This document shows, piece by piece, positions 1 through 8,754 of a stretch of DNA of 64,000 nucleotides. Position numbers and translations under genes: made by a program. This DNA is from Patescibacteria group bacterium (GTDB lineage: Bacteria; Patescibacteriota; UBA1384; XYA2-FULL-43-10; 1-14-0-10-43-13), in NCBI GenBank assembly GCA_038078835.1, contig JBBTQI010000003.1:2196-66195 (forward strand), in the 5' to 3' direction. Positions within the stretch are counted from its first letter, which is position 1. Each line of letters starts with the position of its first letter. Below the pieces are notes generated by a model that did not search any database, was not told the origin of the DNA, and worked only from the letters and a program-made list of their open reading frames with translations.

Positions 1-1777
1 GAACCAGCGCCGGCGCATCATTGATACCATCGCCAACCATTGCCACTCTCTTGCCGGCTTGCTGCAATTCTCGAACTTTATCCTGCTTGTGCTCCGGTAA
101 AACTTCGGCAAAGAAGGTTTTGATGCCAAGTTCGCGCGCAACCGTGGCGGCCACCGCCTGGGAATCACCGGTGATCATAGCCGTCTCCACCCCCATTGCC
201 CCAAGCGCGCGAATCGCCTCCCGCGATTCCGGCCGGATTTGATCGGCCAGAGTGATAACGCCGACAATATCCCTACCCCTGATAACGTAGATGATTGATT
301 CGCCGCGGTCCTCGGCTTGCTTGATCGGCTCCCGCAGAAGAGAGGGAACCTCGATCTTAAGCCCCTCAAGTAATCTTGGGCCGCCAACGGACACCCTGGC
401 TCCGGCGACTTTGCCCTCAATGCCGCGGCCGGGCAAAGCCCGAAAGTCAGAGGCCGCCGGAATTTCAACCCTCTCCCCCTTGGCTTTTTGAACGATAGCC
501 TGCCCGACAGGATGCTCTGACATTGCTTCAACTGCCGCCGCCAGCGCCAAAATATCTCTGGCTTGCTCTGATTTTACCGGAACAACACCGCCAACCCCCT
601 GTTCACCCCGTGTCAGTGTCCCGGTCTTGTCAAAAAGAACAATATTGATCTCCCGCGCCGCTTCGAGTGCCAACCGCTCGCGGACAAGCATACCGTTCTT
701 GGCGCCAAGTGTCGTCGAAATTGCCACAACCAGCGGAACAGCCAGGCCCAGAGCGTGCGGGCAGGCAATCACCAGCACTGTTACCGCTCTCTCCAGAGCA
801 AAACCCAAGGAAGCACCGGCCAGAAGCCAGCCGGCAAAGGCAAAGAGTGCAACCGCCAGAGCAACAATAGTGAGATAAAAAGCCGCTCTGTCCGCCAAAA
901 CCTGAGTTCGGGAACGGGAAGATTGCGCCTCAAGCACCAGAAGGGTAATCCGACCCAGAGCGGTATCCTGGCCGGTTTCGGTAACCCTGACCTGAAGGGC
1001 GCCATCAATATTGATTGTACCGGCAATCGCCCTGTCTCCAACCTCCTTGGCAACCGGTTTCGACTCGCCGGTAATGGCCGCTTCGTTAGCACTCGAGACA
1101 CCCTCAATTACCTTGCCATCAGCCGGAAAACGCCCTCCCGGCCTGACCAGAATAATATCACCGGCTCTCAGATCCGAAACCGGAATTCTCTGTGTTTCGC
1201 CGTCAACGACTTTCTCCGCCGTATCCGGCAAGAGTTTGGCTAGCTCCTTCAGCGCTCCCTCCGCCGCCCCGATCGAGCGCATCTCCAGCCAGTGGCCCAG
1301 GAGCATCACCGAGATCAAGGTAGAGAGCTCCCAAAAAAACTCGACGCCAACAATGATAAAAGTGGTCGCCAAGCTATATCCGTACGCCGTGATGATGGCC
1401 AGCGAAATAAGCGTCATCATCCCCGGCTGCCGGCTTTTAAGCTCCGAGGCAGCACTTCGAACAAAAATGGCGCCGCCATAAAAGAAGATAACGGAGCCCA
1501 AAATAGCCGGGATAAGGTCGGAGCCGGGAAAAGCGGGCGGAGAGAAGCCAAAAACACCCTGGATAAAGGGCGAATAAGCGAGCACAAACAGCGTTAAAAT
1601 CAAAACAATCCGGAAGCGCCGCCGGAAAAGTTCGGCGCTGTGACCGGCGTGCTTATCATGTGCCGGATGAGGTGTCTCTACATCCCGTCCGTGCCGGGCG
1701 TGTGACTCGTGTTCGACCCGATGATTATTTGCCGGTATTACCTGCCCGCGGTTGTGGTTATGATGGTCTTCTGCCAC
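1..1777 (-). CDS. copB: Heavy-metal P1B-type ATPase, CopB-like (His-rich N-terminus); 3' end runs off the window
   Basis: Absent from ORF track (no stop in window). Manual minus-strand translation from GTG at 1777 gives MAEDHHNH...HDKHAGHS, IACPHALGL (CPH motif), FDKTGTLT, MITGDS and MVGDGINDAPAL. Confidence 0.9.
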   Translation of the reverse strand, partial: MAEDHHNHNRGQVIPANNHRVEHESHARHGRDVETPHPAHDKHAGHSAELFRRRFRIVLILTLFVLAYSPFIQGVFGFSPPAFPGSDLIPAILGSVIFFYGGAIFVRSAASELKSRQPGMMTLISLAIITAYGYSLATTFIIVGVEFFWELSTLISVMLLGHWLEMRSIGAAEGALKELAKLLPDTAEKVVDGETQRIPVSDLRAGDIILVRPGGRFPADGKVIEGVSSANEAAITGESKPVAKEVGDRAIAGTINIDGALQVRVTETGQDTALGRITLLVLEAQSSRSRTQVLADRAAFYLTIVALAVALFAFAGWLLAGASLGFALERAVTVLVIACPHALGLAVPLVVAISTTLGAKNGMLVRERLALEAAREINIVLFDKTGTLTRGEQGVGGVVPVKSEQARDILALAAAVEAMSEHPVGQAIVQKAKGERVEIPAASDFRALPGRGIEGKVAGARVSVGGPRLLEGLKIEVPSLLREPIKQAEDRGESIIYVIRGRDIVGVITLADQIRPESREAIRALGAMGVETAMITGDSQAVAATVARELGIKTFFAEVLPEHKQDKVRELQQAGKRVAMVGDGINDAPALV

Positions 1778-1784
1778 CTTTTTC

Positions 1785-2078
1785 CTACTTGTCTAGCTGA
1801 CCGAGAATCTCTTCGACCTCTCGACTGCCGGATTCAAGTTCTTCTGCCTGCTCTTTATCATATTTCAAGAGAAGGGCCTGAAACTCGCCAACATGCTCCT
1901 TTTCCTCCTTGGCGACATCCAACAGAACGGTTTTGATTCTTTCATCACTCGCTTTGGCCGCCATCTGTTCATAGAAACTGACAGCGTCCAGCTCGGCGAT
2001 GATGCCGGCCCGTAAAATCTCTGCGTCAACCGTCCCCCGATCAACACCGTCAATATTGATTGGCAACTGCGACAACAT
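1785..2078 (-). CDS. Small ferritin-like/rubrerythrin-family protein
   Basis: IIAELDAVSFYEQ...DVAKEEKEHVGEF di-iron ExxH pattern; ATG at 2078. Confidence 0.8.
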   Translation of the reverse strand: MLSQLPINIDGVDRGTVDAEILRAGIIAELDAVSFYEQMAAKASDERIKTVLLDVAKEEKEHVGEFQALLLKYDKEQAEELESGSREVEEILGQLDK

Positions 2079-2136
2079 CCTCTTCCTTTCGCTTAATTCT
2101 CTACTTTTAATTATATCACAGCCGGAACACCTCAAC

Positions 2137-3363
2137 CTACAAATTACCACGATGCTTTTCGGCGGCGATGATCCGCTTAATCGCGATAGCGTAGGCGGCA
2201 GTGCGAAGATCAATCTTGTTTTTGTGCTCTTTGGCACACGCATTAACCCGATTCCAGGAGCCAAGCATCATCTTCTTGAGCTTGGCCCGCAAATACTCCT
2301 CATCAAGAATATTGCCGGTGCGGTTCTGCGCCCATTCAAAGTAGGAAACAACCACACCGCCGGCATTGGCCAGAATATCCGGCACAACGGTAATGCCGTT
2401 GGAGAAGAGAACATCATCAGCATAAAGGTCGACCGGACCGTTAGCCAGCTCAATAATATTTTTAGCCTTGATTCGAGCCGCATTCTTTTCGGTAATCTGA
2501 TTTTCAAGAGCAGCTAGGACTAAAACGTCCACCGGCAATTCTAAGAGCTCTTCGTTGCTGATCTTGTCGGCATCGTGATAAGCGGCCACATTGCCCTGCT
2601 CATCCTTGATCTTCAGCAGGTTGGCCACATTTAATCCATTTTTATTATGGATCCCGCCCTTGCTGTCTGAGGCCGCCGCCACATTGTAGCCATCTTCCGA
2701 GATCATATGGGCAAAGTGAGCACCGGCATTGCCAAAACCCTGGATGGCAACCGTTATCTGCTCCTTATTCTTTCTGATTTTCTTAACTAACTCTTTAAAA
2801 ATAATATAGCCGCCCTTGGCGGTCGAGTCGGCTCGAAGAGCAATCCCGCCAAGCTCGACGGGCTTGCCGGTAATCATACCCGGCTCGTGATGGCCAACCT
2901 GCTTTTCGTATTCATCCAGCATCCAGGCCATAATTTGCGGATTGGTATAAACATCGGGGGCCGGCACGTCTTTATCCTGCCCGACATATTTAGAGAACGC
3001 ACGCATATAAGCGCGGCTAATCGCCTCAAGCTCTTTCTTATCCCTGCCCTTCGGATTAATCCTCACTCCGCCCTTGGCGCCGCCGTAAGGCAAACCGGCA
3101 AGCGAGTTTTTGAGGCTCATCCAAAAGGCCAGGGACTTGATCTCATCCTCGCACACCTCGGGGTGAAAACGAATCCCGCCCTTGCCCGGTCCGAGAGCAT
3201 TGTTGTGGATAATGCGCCAGGCCTGATAGCTCTGGCCATTGATCTTGAGTTCGGCTTTATTGATTTGGCGCGATTTGGCTAAATAGTCAATCTCGCTCTG
3301 GTTCAAACCAACGATTTGTCCCACCTGCTCCAGGCGCCTAATAATCGTTTCGAATGTCGACAT
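2137..3363 (-). CDS. gdhA: Glu/Leu/Phe/Val dehydrogenase
   Basis: GPGKGGIRFHP, GGAKGG, DVPAPD, QGFGNAG, PDILANAGGV motifs. Confidence 0.92.
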   Translation of the reverse strand: MSTFETIIRRLEQVGQIVGLNQSEIDYLAKSRQINKAELKINGQSYQAWRIIHNNALGPGKGGIRFHPEVCEDEIKSLAFWMSLKNSLAGLPYGGAKGGVRINPKGRDKKELEAISRAYMRAFSKYVGQDKDVPAPDVYTNPQIMAWMLDEYEKQVGHHEPGMITGKPVELGGIALRADSTAKGGYIIFKELVKKIRKNKEQITVAIQGFGNAGAHFAHMISEDGYNVAAASDSKGGIHNKNGLNVANLLKIKDEQGNVAAYHDADKISNEELLELPVDVLVLAALENQITEKNAARIKAKNIIELANGPVDLYADDVLFSNGITVVPDILANAGGVVVSYFEWAQNRTGNILDEEYLRAKLKKMMLGSWNRVNACAKEHKNKIDLRTAAYAIAIKRIIAAEKHRGNL

Positions 3364-3377
3364 CTTTGGCCCTCAAG

Positions 3378-3719
3378 TTAATTATCAATAACACTCTTGA
3401 GCTCTGCAACAATATCATCCTTAGGACGCACGCCGATAATCTCCTTGGCAACCTCGCCGCCCTTAAAAATCTTCATATTGGGAATGCTCATAATTTTATA
3501 CTTATGAGCAAGATCCTGGTTTTCCTTCTCTTCAACGTTTAATTTGACAATCTTCGCCTTTCCGGCAATCCCCGGCTCTCCGGCAACCTCATCCAAAACG
3601 GGGGCCATCATCTGACAGGGCATACACCAGGGCGCCCAAAAATCAACCAGGACCGGCACATCCGACTCGAGAACTTGAGCCTCAAAATCCTTGGCGCCGA
3701 TCTCCACCGCCTTTGCCAT
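3378..3719 (-). CDS. trxA: Thioredoxin
   Basis: VLVDFWAPWCMPC; SIP cis-Pro motif. Confidence 0.93.
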   Translation of the reverse strand: MAKAVEIGAKDFEAQVLESDVPVLVDFWAPWCMPCQMMAPVLDEVAGEPGIAGKAKIVKLNVEEKENQDLAHKYKIMSIPNMKIFKGGEVAKEIIGVRPKDDIVAELKSVIDN

Positions 3720-3763
3720 TACTCTCCTTTCGTTAGCTTTTCCACCCTCCCAATATACCAGCC

Positions 3764-5110
3764 TTAATTTTTGCCGGTCAATGGGGAACTGCTAATAGTG
3801 CCGCCGCCGAGGACAACCTCCCTGTCATAAAACACCGCCGCCTGGCCGGGAGTAATAGCCCGGATCGGGAGATCAAACCGAATTGTTAAATCAAAGTTTG
3901 GCGAGATGCTCGTATCGAGACTTGACGAGATATTGTTCGAAGCCTCAAGCTGAGAACCATAAACCATTGCCGGCTCTGCCGGACTTCGGTATCTTATCTT
4001 TACGCCGACCTTAATCGGAAGTTTAGGAACTTCGCCGATCCAGTGAACATTACTAACTTTGGCTTCATCTGAATACAAATCATCCTTATCGCCAACGTAA
4101 ATTTCGTTCTTCTTAACATCTTTACCAATAATATAATACGGCCCGCCGCCATCTTTGATATCAAAACCATGCCGCTGGCCAATAGTATAATACCAAGCCC
4201 CGTCATGCTCCCCTAACGTACGACCGTCGATGCGCTTTACCAAGCCTTTCTTCGGTTTAATGTAGTCTTTTAGAAATGACTTCATTTTGAGAGGCCCGAT
4301 AAAGCAGACTCCCTGGCTATCTTTCTTTTCAGCCGTTGGTAAATCAAATTTCTTAGCCAGTTCCCGAACCTCCGGCTTGGTATAATCGCCAATTGGAAAA
4401 AGAGTGCGTTCTAAGTGGCGTTGTTTAAGGGTGTAGAGAAAATATGATTGGTCCTTATTCTTATCAACCGCCTGGCAAAGTTCATAAATGAACGACGAAC
4501 CACCTAACGACGAACAACGAATATCATTATCCTCACCCCTGCCCTCTCCCGTCACACCAGGAGAGGGAGTTCCTTCTCCCTCTGGGAGAAGGTTAGGATG
4601 AGGGTTGTGAATCTGTTGTCCATTTGTCTGCTGTCCATTTATGACATTTATGCGAGCATAATGTCCCGTGGCCACATAATCAGCCCCTTCGGCCATGGCT
4701 TTATCAAAAAACAAGCCGAACTTGATCTCCTTATTGCACATAATATCCGGGTTGGGGGTAATTCCAGCCTTGTAAGCCTCCAGCATGTATGTTGCGACCT
4801 TTTCGCCGTACTCTTTGGTAAAGTCCCAGGTCAAGAGCGGAACGCCCAGCTTGGCCGCAACTCTCAAAGCGTCCCGACGCTCCTCTTTCCAAATGCAACC
4901 GGGGACCGCCGGGTTGGGGACTGTCGCCCATGGCGACTGTCCCCTTGACTTCGGACTTTTATCCCCCGTAGCCTCGGCGGAGGGGGACCAAAACTTCATA
5001 AACACGCCCACGACAAAATAGCCCTGTTCTTTCAGCAAGACCGCCGCAACAGAGCTGTCCACCCCGCCGCTCATCGCCACATAAACCTTTTTCTGCTTCT
5101 TCGTATCCAT
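3764..5110 (-). CDS. mnmA: tRNA 2-thiouridylase MnmA, with three in-frame repeat-derived insertions
   Basis: VAMSGGVDSS, NPDIMCN, ATGHYAR, KDQSYFL, DSQGVCF, TPGQAAVFY; ATG at 5110 preferred. Confidence 0.95.
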   Translation of the reverse strand: MDTKKQKKVYVAMSGGVDSSVAAVLLKEQGYFVVGVFMKFWSPSAEATGDKSPKSRGQSPWATVPNPAVPGCIWKEERRDALRVAAKLGVPLLTWDFTKEYGEKVATYMLEAYKAGITPNPDIMCNKEIKFGLFFDKAMAEGADYVATGHYARINVINGQQTNGQQIHNPHPNLLPEGEGTPSPGVTGEGRGEDNDIRCSSLGGSSFIYELCQAVDKNKDQSYFLYTLKQRHLERTLFPIGDYTKPEVRELAKKFDLPTAEKKDSQGVCFIGPLKMKSFLKDYIKPKKGLVKRIDGRTLGEHDGAWYYTIGQRHGFDIKDGGGPYYIIGKDVKKNEIYVGDKDDLYSDEAKVSNVHWIGEVPKLPIKVGVKIRYRSPAEPAMVYGSQLEASNNISSSLDTSISPNFDLTIRFDLPIRAITPGQAAVFYDREVVLGGGTISSSPLTGKN

Positions 5111-5159
5111 ATCCGATGAATTATACCGGAAAACCTGCCATGAGTCCATGTAAGAAATA

Positions 5160-5219
5160 AAAAGGGCTACCCGTATGGTGGCGGACAGCCCTTTTGCGCG
5201 TCGACCGCCTTGCGGCGGT
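5160..5219 (-). terminator. Two hairpins downstream of the GC-rich orphan gene: ACCGCC-GCAA-GGCGGT and AAAAGGGCT...AGCCCTTTT
   Basis: Inverted repeats at 5204-5219 and 5160-5195. Confidence 0.55.
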
Positions 5220-5278
5220 GAATCCAAGGATCAAATGGCAAGGAGCCAAAAGTTCAAAGGATTCAAGAAATCGAGGCT

Positions 5279-6208
5279 CTACTGCGGGAGGAAGCCCGAG
5301 GCAGAGCCGTAGCGGGCACCGTAGCCGCCGACCCCGTACGCGCCGAACCTGACCCTGCCGTCGCAGAAGAGGAAGAAGAACGGCGCGTAGCCGAAGCGGC
5401 CATCGGCTCCCAGAGCAAACTCGTCACCGGGGAGATCCTCGTGGAGCTGCTCCCTGCGAACGAACCGCTCGGGATGCGTCAACGCGATGGCGCCGCCAGC
5501 CAGGCTGCCGAGGCCGTACTCGTTGACCACGAAGGTCTCGCGGGCCCGGCACGTGGACTTGCCGCGGTGGCGCAGGCCGAGCTGGGCGGCGATGACCAGG
5601 ATATCGCCCCCCGTCTGTACCTCAATGATGCGCTCCATGGCTTGCGCCGTGCGAGCGTGCATCCGCAGGTAGCCGGGCGTGATCTGGCCGTCGCGGTAGT
5701 TGTAAAACGGACGCGAGGCCTTGATCTGCGCCAAGGTCAAGAGAATGGCCTGGCAATACTGCTCTGCCGGATCCTTGACCTTCGGGAAGTGCGCCCTGGC
5801 CAGGGCGCCGATCGACGGGATGGCAAACCACCCCTCGGCGCCTTCCGGAAGCTCGGGCAGACGTGCCGCGTAGTCGAGGGCTATCGCCGTGTCGAGGCAG
5901 GGGAAGATCTCGGCGATCATCCTGATCTGCTCGACGATCGGTTTCGGACCCTTGTACTCCGGCGGGTAGACGTAGTTCGACCTGACAACCTCACTGGCGT
6001 ACTTGTTACCCGAGCGATTTTCGGCGATGAAGGCGGTGATCAGGTCGACCAACCCAGGCGTGTTGTTGATACGCTGGGCTTCCTCTTCGGTAAGCCGCGC
6101 CTTGTTGTACGCGGCTTCGACGACCGAAACGAACTTGTGACCCTTCGGGTCTCGGGACGTGACAGACGGAGCCAATGTTGCCATCGGAGCCATCTCCTTT
6201 CGTTTCAT
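5279..6208 (-). CDS. GC-rich hypothetical protein, putative DGR target with C-terminal variable region
   Basis: C-terminus ...DGRVRFGAYGVGGYGARYGSASGFLPQ is built largely from NNC/NNT codons; hairpin downstream; own consensus promoter. Confidence 0.6.
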   Translation of the reverse strand: MKRKEMAPMATLAPSVTSRDPKGHKFVSVVEAAYNKARLTEEEAQRINNTPGLVDLITAFIAENRSGNKYASEVVRSNYVYPPEYKGPKPIVEQIRMIAEIFPCLDTAIALDYAARLPELPEGAEGWFAIPSIGALARAHFPKVKDPAEQYCQAILLTLAQIKASRPFYNYRDGQITPGYLRMHARTAQAMERIIEVQTGGDILVIAAQLGLRHRGKSTCRARETFVVNEYGLGSLAGGAIALTHPERFVRREQLHEDLPGDEFALGADGRFGYAPFFFLFCDGRVRFGAYGVGGYGARYGSASGFLPQ

Positions 6209-6305
6209 GCGGGGGTTCGTAGCTGTCCCATGAGTGGAACAAGCGTACTACCAATCAACCATGACTGGCAAAACGCTTGTTCCAAAAAACCGCAATAACG
6301 TGGCT

Positions 6306-6334
6306 ACTATACACCATCATTAGACTTCTGTCAA
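6306..6334 (-). promoter_or_regulatory. Sigma70 promoter TTGACA-N17-TATAGT for the 5279-6208 gene
   Basis: + strand ACTATA 6306-6311 and TGTCAA 6329-6334. Confidence 0.7.
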
Positions 6335-6336
6335 GG

Positions 6337-6392
6337 TTGACAACCGTTAAAGCATAGTGCTAATCTAATAACAGACTAATTTAGTCTGGATT
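6337..6392 (+). promoter_or_regulatory. iscR promoter with IscR/Rrf2-type operator palindrome
   Basis: TTGACA 6337-6342, TG-n-TAATCT to 6366, perfect palindrome CAGACTAA-T-TTAGTCTG 6372-6388. Confidence 0.65.
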
Positions 6393-6443
6393 TGTGTGAT
6401 ATTTGTTATTAGATATTTGGATAATTCGTTATTCATTCCTGAT

Positions 6444-6833
6444 ATGCGCATCTCGACCAAAACCTACTATGGCCTGCGAGCGATGATCAACCTCGTTCGG
6501 AAAGAGGAGGTTTCTCCGATCGCCGATATCGCCTTTGAGGAAGATATCCCTTTTGCTTTTCTCGAAAAGATCTTTCAGCAACTAAAGCGCGCCGGATTAG
6601 TCAGGTCAAAGAAGGGATCACTAGGCGGCTATGAGTTAGCTCGATCTCCTAAGGAAATTACAGCCGGACAAGTCTTTGAAGCGTTGGGGGAAGAGGTCAT
6701 TTCCTCATTCTGTCCCGGCGATTCGAGCTGCTCCAGGCTTAATTCTTGCGGAACCAAGGACTTCTTGTCTAAACTAGAATCTTCGATCGGCCAAACTCTT
6801 GATTCAATGACACTAGAAAGACTGGCTAACTAA
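6444..6833 (+). CDS. iscR: Rrf2-family regulator, IscR-like
   Basis: MRISTKTYYGLRAM, FLEKIFQQLKRAGLVRSKKGSLGGYEL, three Cys (CPGDSSC...SC); heads iscS-iscU. Confidence 0.82.
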   Translation: MRISTKTYYGLRAMINLVRKEEVSPIADIAFEEDIPFAFLEKIFQQLKRAGLVRSKKGSLGGYELARSPKEITAGQVFEALGEEVISSFCPGDSSCSRLNSCGTKDFLSKLESSIGQTLDSMTLERLAN

Positions 6834-6834
6834 A

Positions 6835-8088
6835 ATGAAACACATTTATCTTGATCATTCAGCTACAACGCCGCTCGATCCGAAGGTTCTTTCGGCGATG
6901 ATGCCGTACTTCGGCGACAACTTCGGCAATCCGGGATCCTTGCACTCGTTCGGTGTTGAGACCAAGAAAGCAATCAACGACGCGCGCAAAAACATTGCCG
7001 CTTTTTTGGGCTGCGATGAATCCGAGATTATTTTCACCTCTGGTGGATCAGAATCAGACAATCTGGCCATTCGAGGACTCGTATCACGTAGCAAAGGGGA
7101 CTGTCCCCTAAAGGGGACTGTCCCCGAGAACGCCAAGAAGCCCCACATTATCACGTCGGCGTTTGAGCACAAGGCTGTTTTGGATACAGTTAAATCGCTT
7201 GAAAGGGAGGGAATAATCAAGGCTACCTATATTAAACCGGGCGCGGACGGAGTTATTAAAGTTGATGATATTAAAAATGCCATTCGCGATAACACTGTTT
7301 TAGTCTCGATTATGTACGTCAATAACGAGATCGGCACCATCCAGCCAATCCGTGAAATTGGTAAGGTCATTTCCGGGCTTAATTCTAAAATCGAAAATCG
7401 AAAATCAAAAATCTATTTCCACACCGATGCCGTTCAGGCCACGGAGTTCTGTCCGATAAATGTCCGTGATCTCGGCGTCGATCTGCTCTCCCTCTCCGCC
7501 CACAAAATCCACGGTCCCAAGGGCGTTGGCTTACTCTATGTCAAATCAGGCACACTTCTCAAGCCAGAGATTACCGGCGGCGGACAGGAGAGAGGGTTCC
7601 GCGCCGGAACGGAAAACGTTCCCGGTATTGTTGGGTTTGCTAAAGCAATATCATTAATTAGCAGCTCAAATCCCAAAGTCATACCCCCCCTTTCTAAGGG
7701 GGGGCGAAGAGAGGTTGAGAAGCTTCGCGACAGACTTATCGACGGTATCTTGGAGCGGATTCCCGGCTCGATTTTGAATGGTGATCGTGACCATCTGGCG
7801 CCGCATATTGCCAATATCAGTTTTATTAATGCCGAAGGCGAGGCTATCCTTTTAAACCTCGATTTTCTGGGTATTGCTGTTTCGACCGGTTCGGCCTGCA
7901 CTTCGCGCACGCTTGAGCCCAGCCACGTTTTAACCGCGATGGGTATCCCGCCCGAGCAAGCCCATGGTTCTATTCGGTTCTCCTTGAGCCGGAACACAAC
8001 CGAGGCAGAGATTGATCGAGTACTGGATGTCCTGCCGGGTATCATTGAAAAATTGAGGACAATGAGCCCATTTGACACAAATGGATAA
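6835..8088 (+). CDS. iscS: Cysteine desulfurase IscS/NifS with three short in-frame repeat insertions
   Basis: IYLDHSATTP, FTSGGSESDN, HTDAVQ, SAHKIHGPKGVG, STGSACTS. Confidence 0.95.
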   Translation: MKHIYLDHSATTPLDPKVLSAMMPYFGDNFGNPGSLHSFGVETKKAINDARKNIAAFLGCDESEIIFTSGGSESDNLAIRGLVSRSKGDCPLKGTVPENAKKPHIITSAFEHKAVLDTVKSLEREGIIKATYIKPGADGVIKVDDIKNAIRDNTVLVSIMYVNNEIGTIQPIREIGKVISGLNSKIENRKSKIYFHTDAVQATEFCPINVRDLGVDLLSLSAHKIHGPKGVGLLYVKSGTLLKPEITGGGQERGFRAGTENVPGIVGFAKAISLISSSNPKVIPPLSKGGRREVEKLRDRLIDGILERIPGSILNGDRDHLAPHIANISFINAEGEAILLNLDFLGIAVSTGSACTSRTLEPSHVLTAMGIPPEQAHGSIRFSLSRNTTEAEIDRVLDVLPGIIEKLRTMSPFDTNG

Positions 8089-8245
8089 CTAATTCATCCA
8101 AATGACTAATGACGAATAATATAACCCCCTACGCCCATCCTTCTCACACCCCACCCGACCTTCCCGCAGACAGGGGAGAAAACAAAAGAAGGAGAAAATC
8201 TGAATTAGTCATTCGTCATTTAGACCAATTCGTTATCCATTTGTG
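8076..8245. mobile_element. Composite MITE-like element: 19-bp imperfect terminal inverted repeats around a C-rich/G-rich hairpin
   Basis: CACAAATGGATAACTAATT (8076-8094) vs AATTCGTTATCCATTTGTG (8227-8245), 18/19 complementary; related copy at 18492-18634. Confidence 0.6.
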
Positions 8246-8257
8246 GTCAGGAGTTTG

Positions 8258-8710
8258 ATGGAACAGTATTCAAAAACAGTCTTAGAGCACTTTTATAACC
8301 CGCGCAATGTCGGGGAAATTGCCGATGCCGACGGCGTTGGCGAGGTGGGCAATCTTCGCTGCGGCGATGTTATGTACGTCTATATCAAAGTAGAAAGGCG
8401 AAAGGCGAAAGGCGAAAATGGTGCAAGGGGACTGTCCCCAAAGGGGACTGTCCCTGGATTTGCCGAAGAAGAATACATTAAGGACATTAAATTTAAAACC
8501 CTGGGCTGTGCGGCGGCCATTGCTTCGACCAGCATTATGACCGAGATGGTTCGAGGTATGAGCTTAGACGAAGCAATGAGGATCACGCGCGACGACATCA
8601 ATGATGCCCTGGGAATTCTCCCCAAACAAAAATACCACTGCTCTATCCTCTCGGCCGACGGTATCCATAAGGCAATCGAAAATTACAGGGCAAAAAAGCA
8701 ATTTAGCTAG
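8258..8710 (+). CDS. iscU: Fe-S scaffold IscU/NifU with an in-frame repeat insertion
   Basis: HFYNPRNVG, GNLRCGD, FKTLGCAAAIAS, KYHCSIL. Confidence 0.93.
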   Translation: MEQYSKTVLEHFYNPRNVGEIADADGVGEVGNLRCGDVMYVYIKVERRKAKGENGARGLSPKGTVPGFAEEEYIKDIKFKTLGCAAAIASTSIMTEMVRGMSLDEAMRITRDDINDALGILPKQKYHCSILSADGIHKAIENYRAKKQFS

Positions 8711-8754
8711 TTAGCGTTTTAGCTAATTTGCTAACGCACTAATTTGCCAACATG

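Noticed and set aside
21-1936. Many overlapping short ORFs in the track
   Set aside because: They are shadow frames of the minus-strand copB gene.
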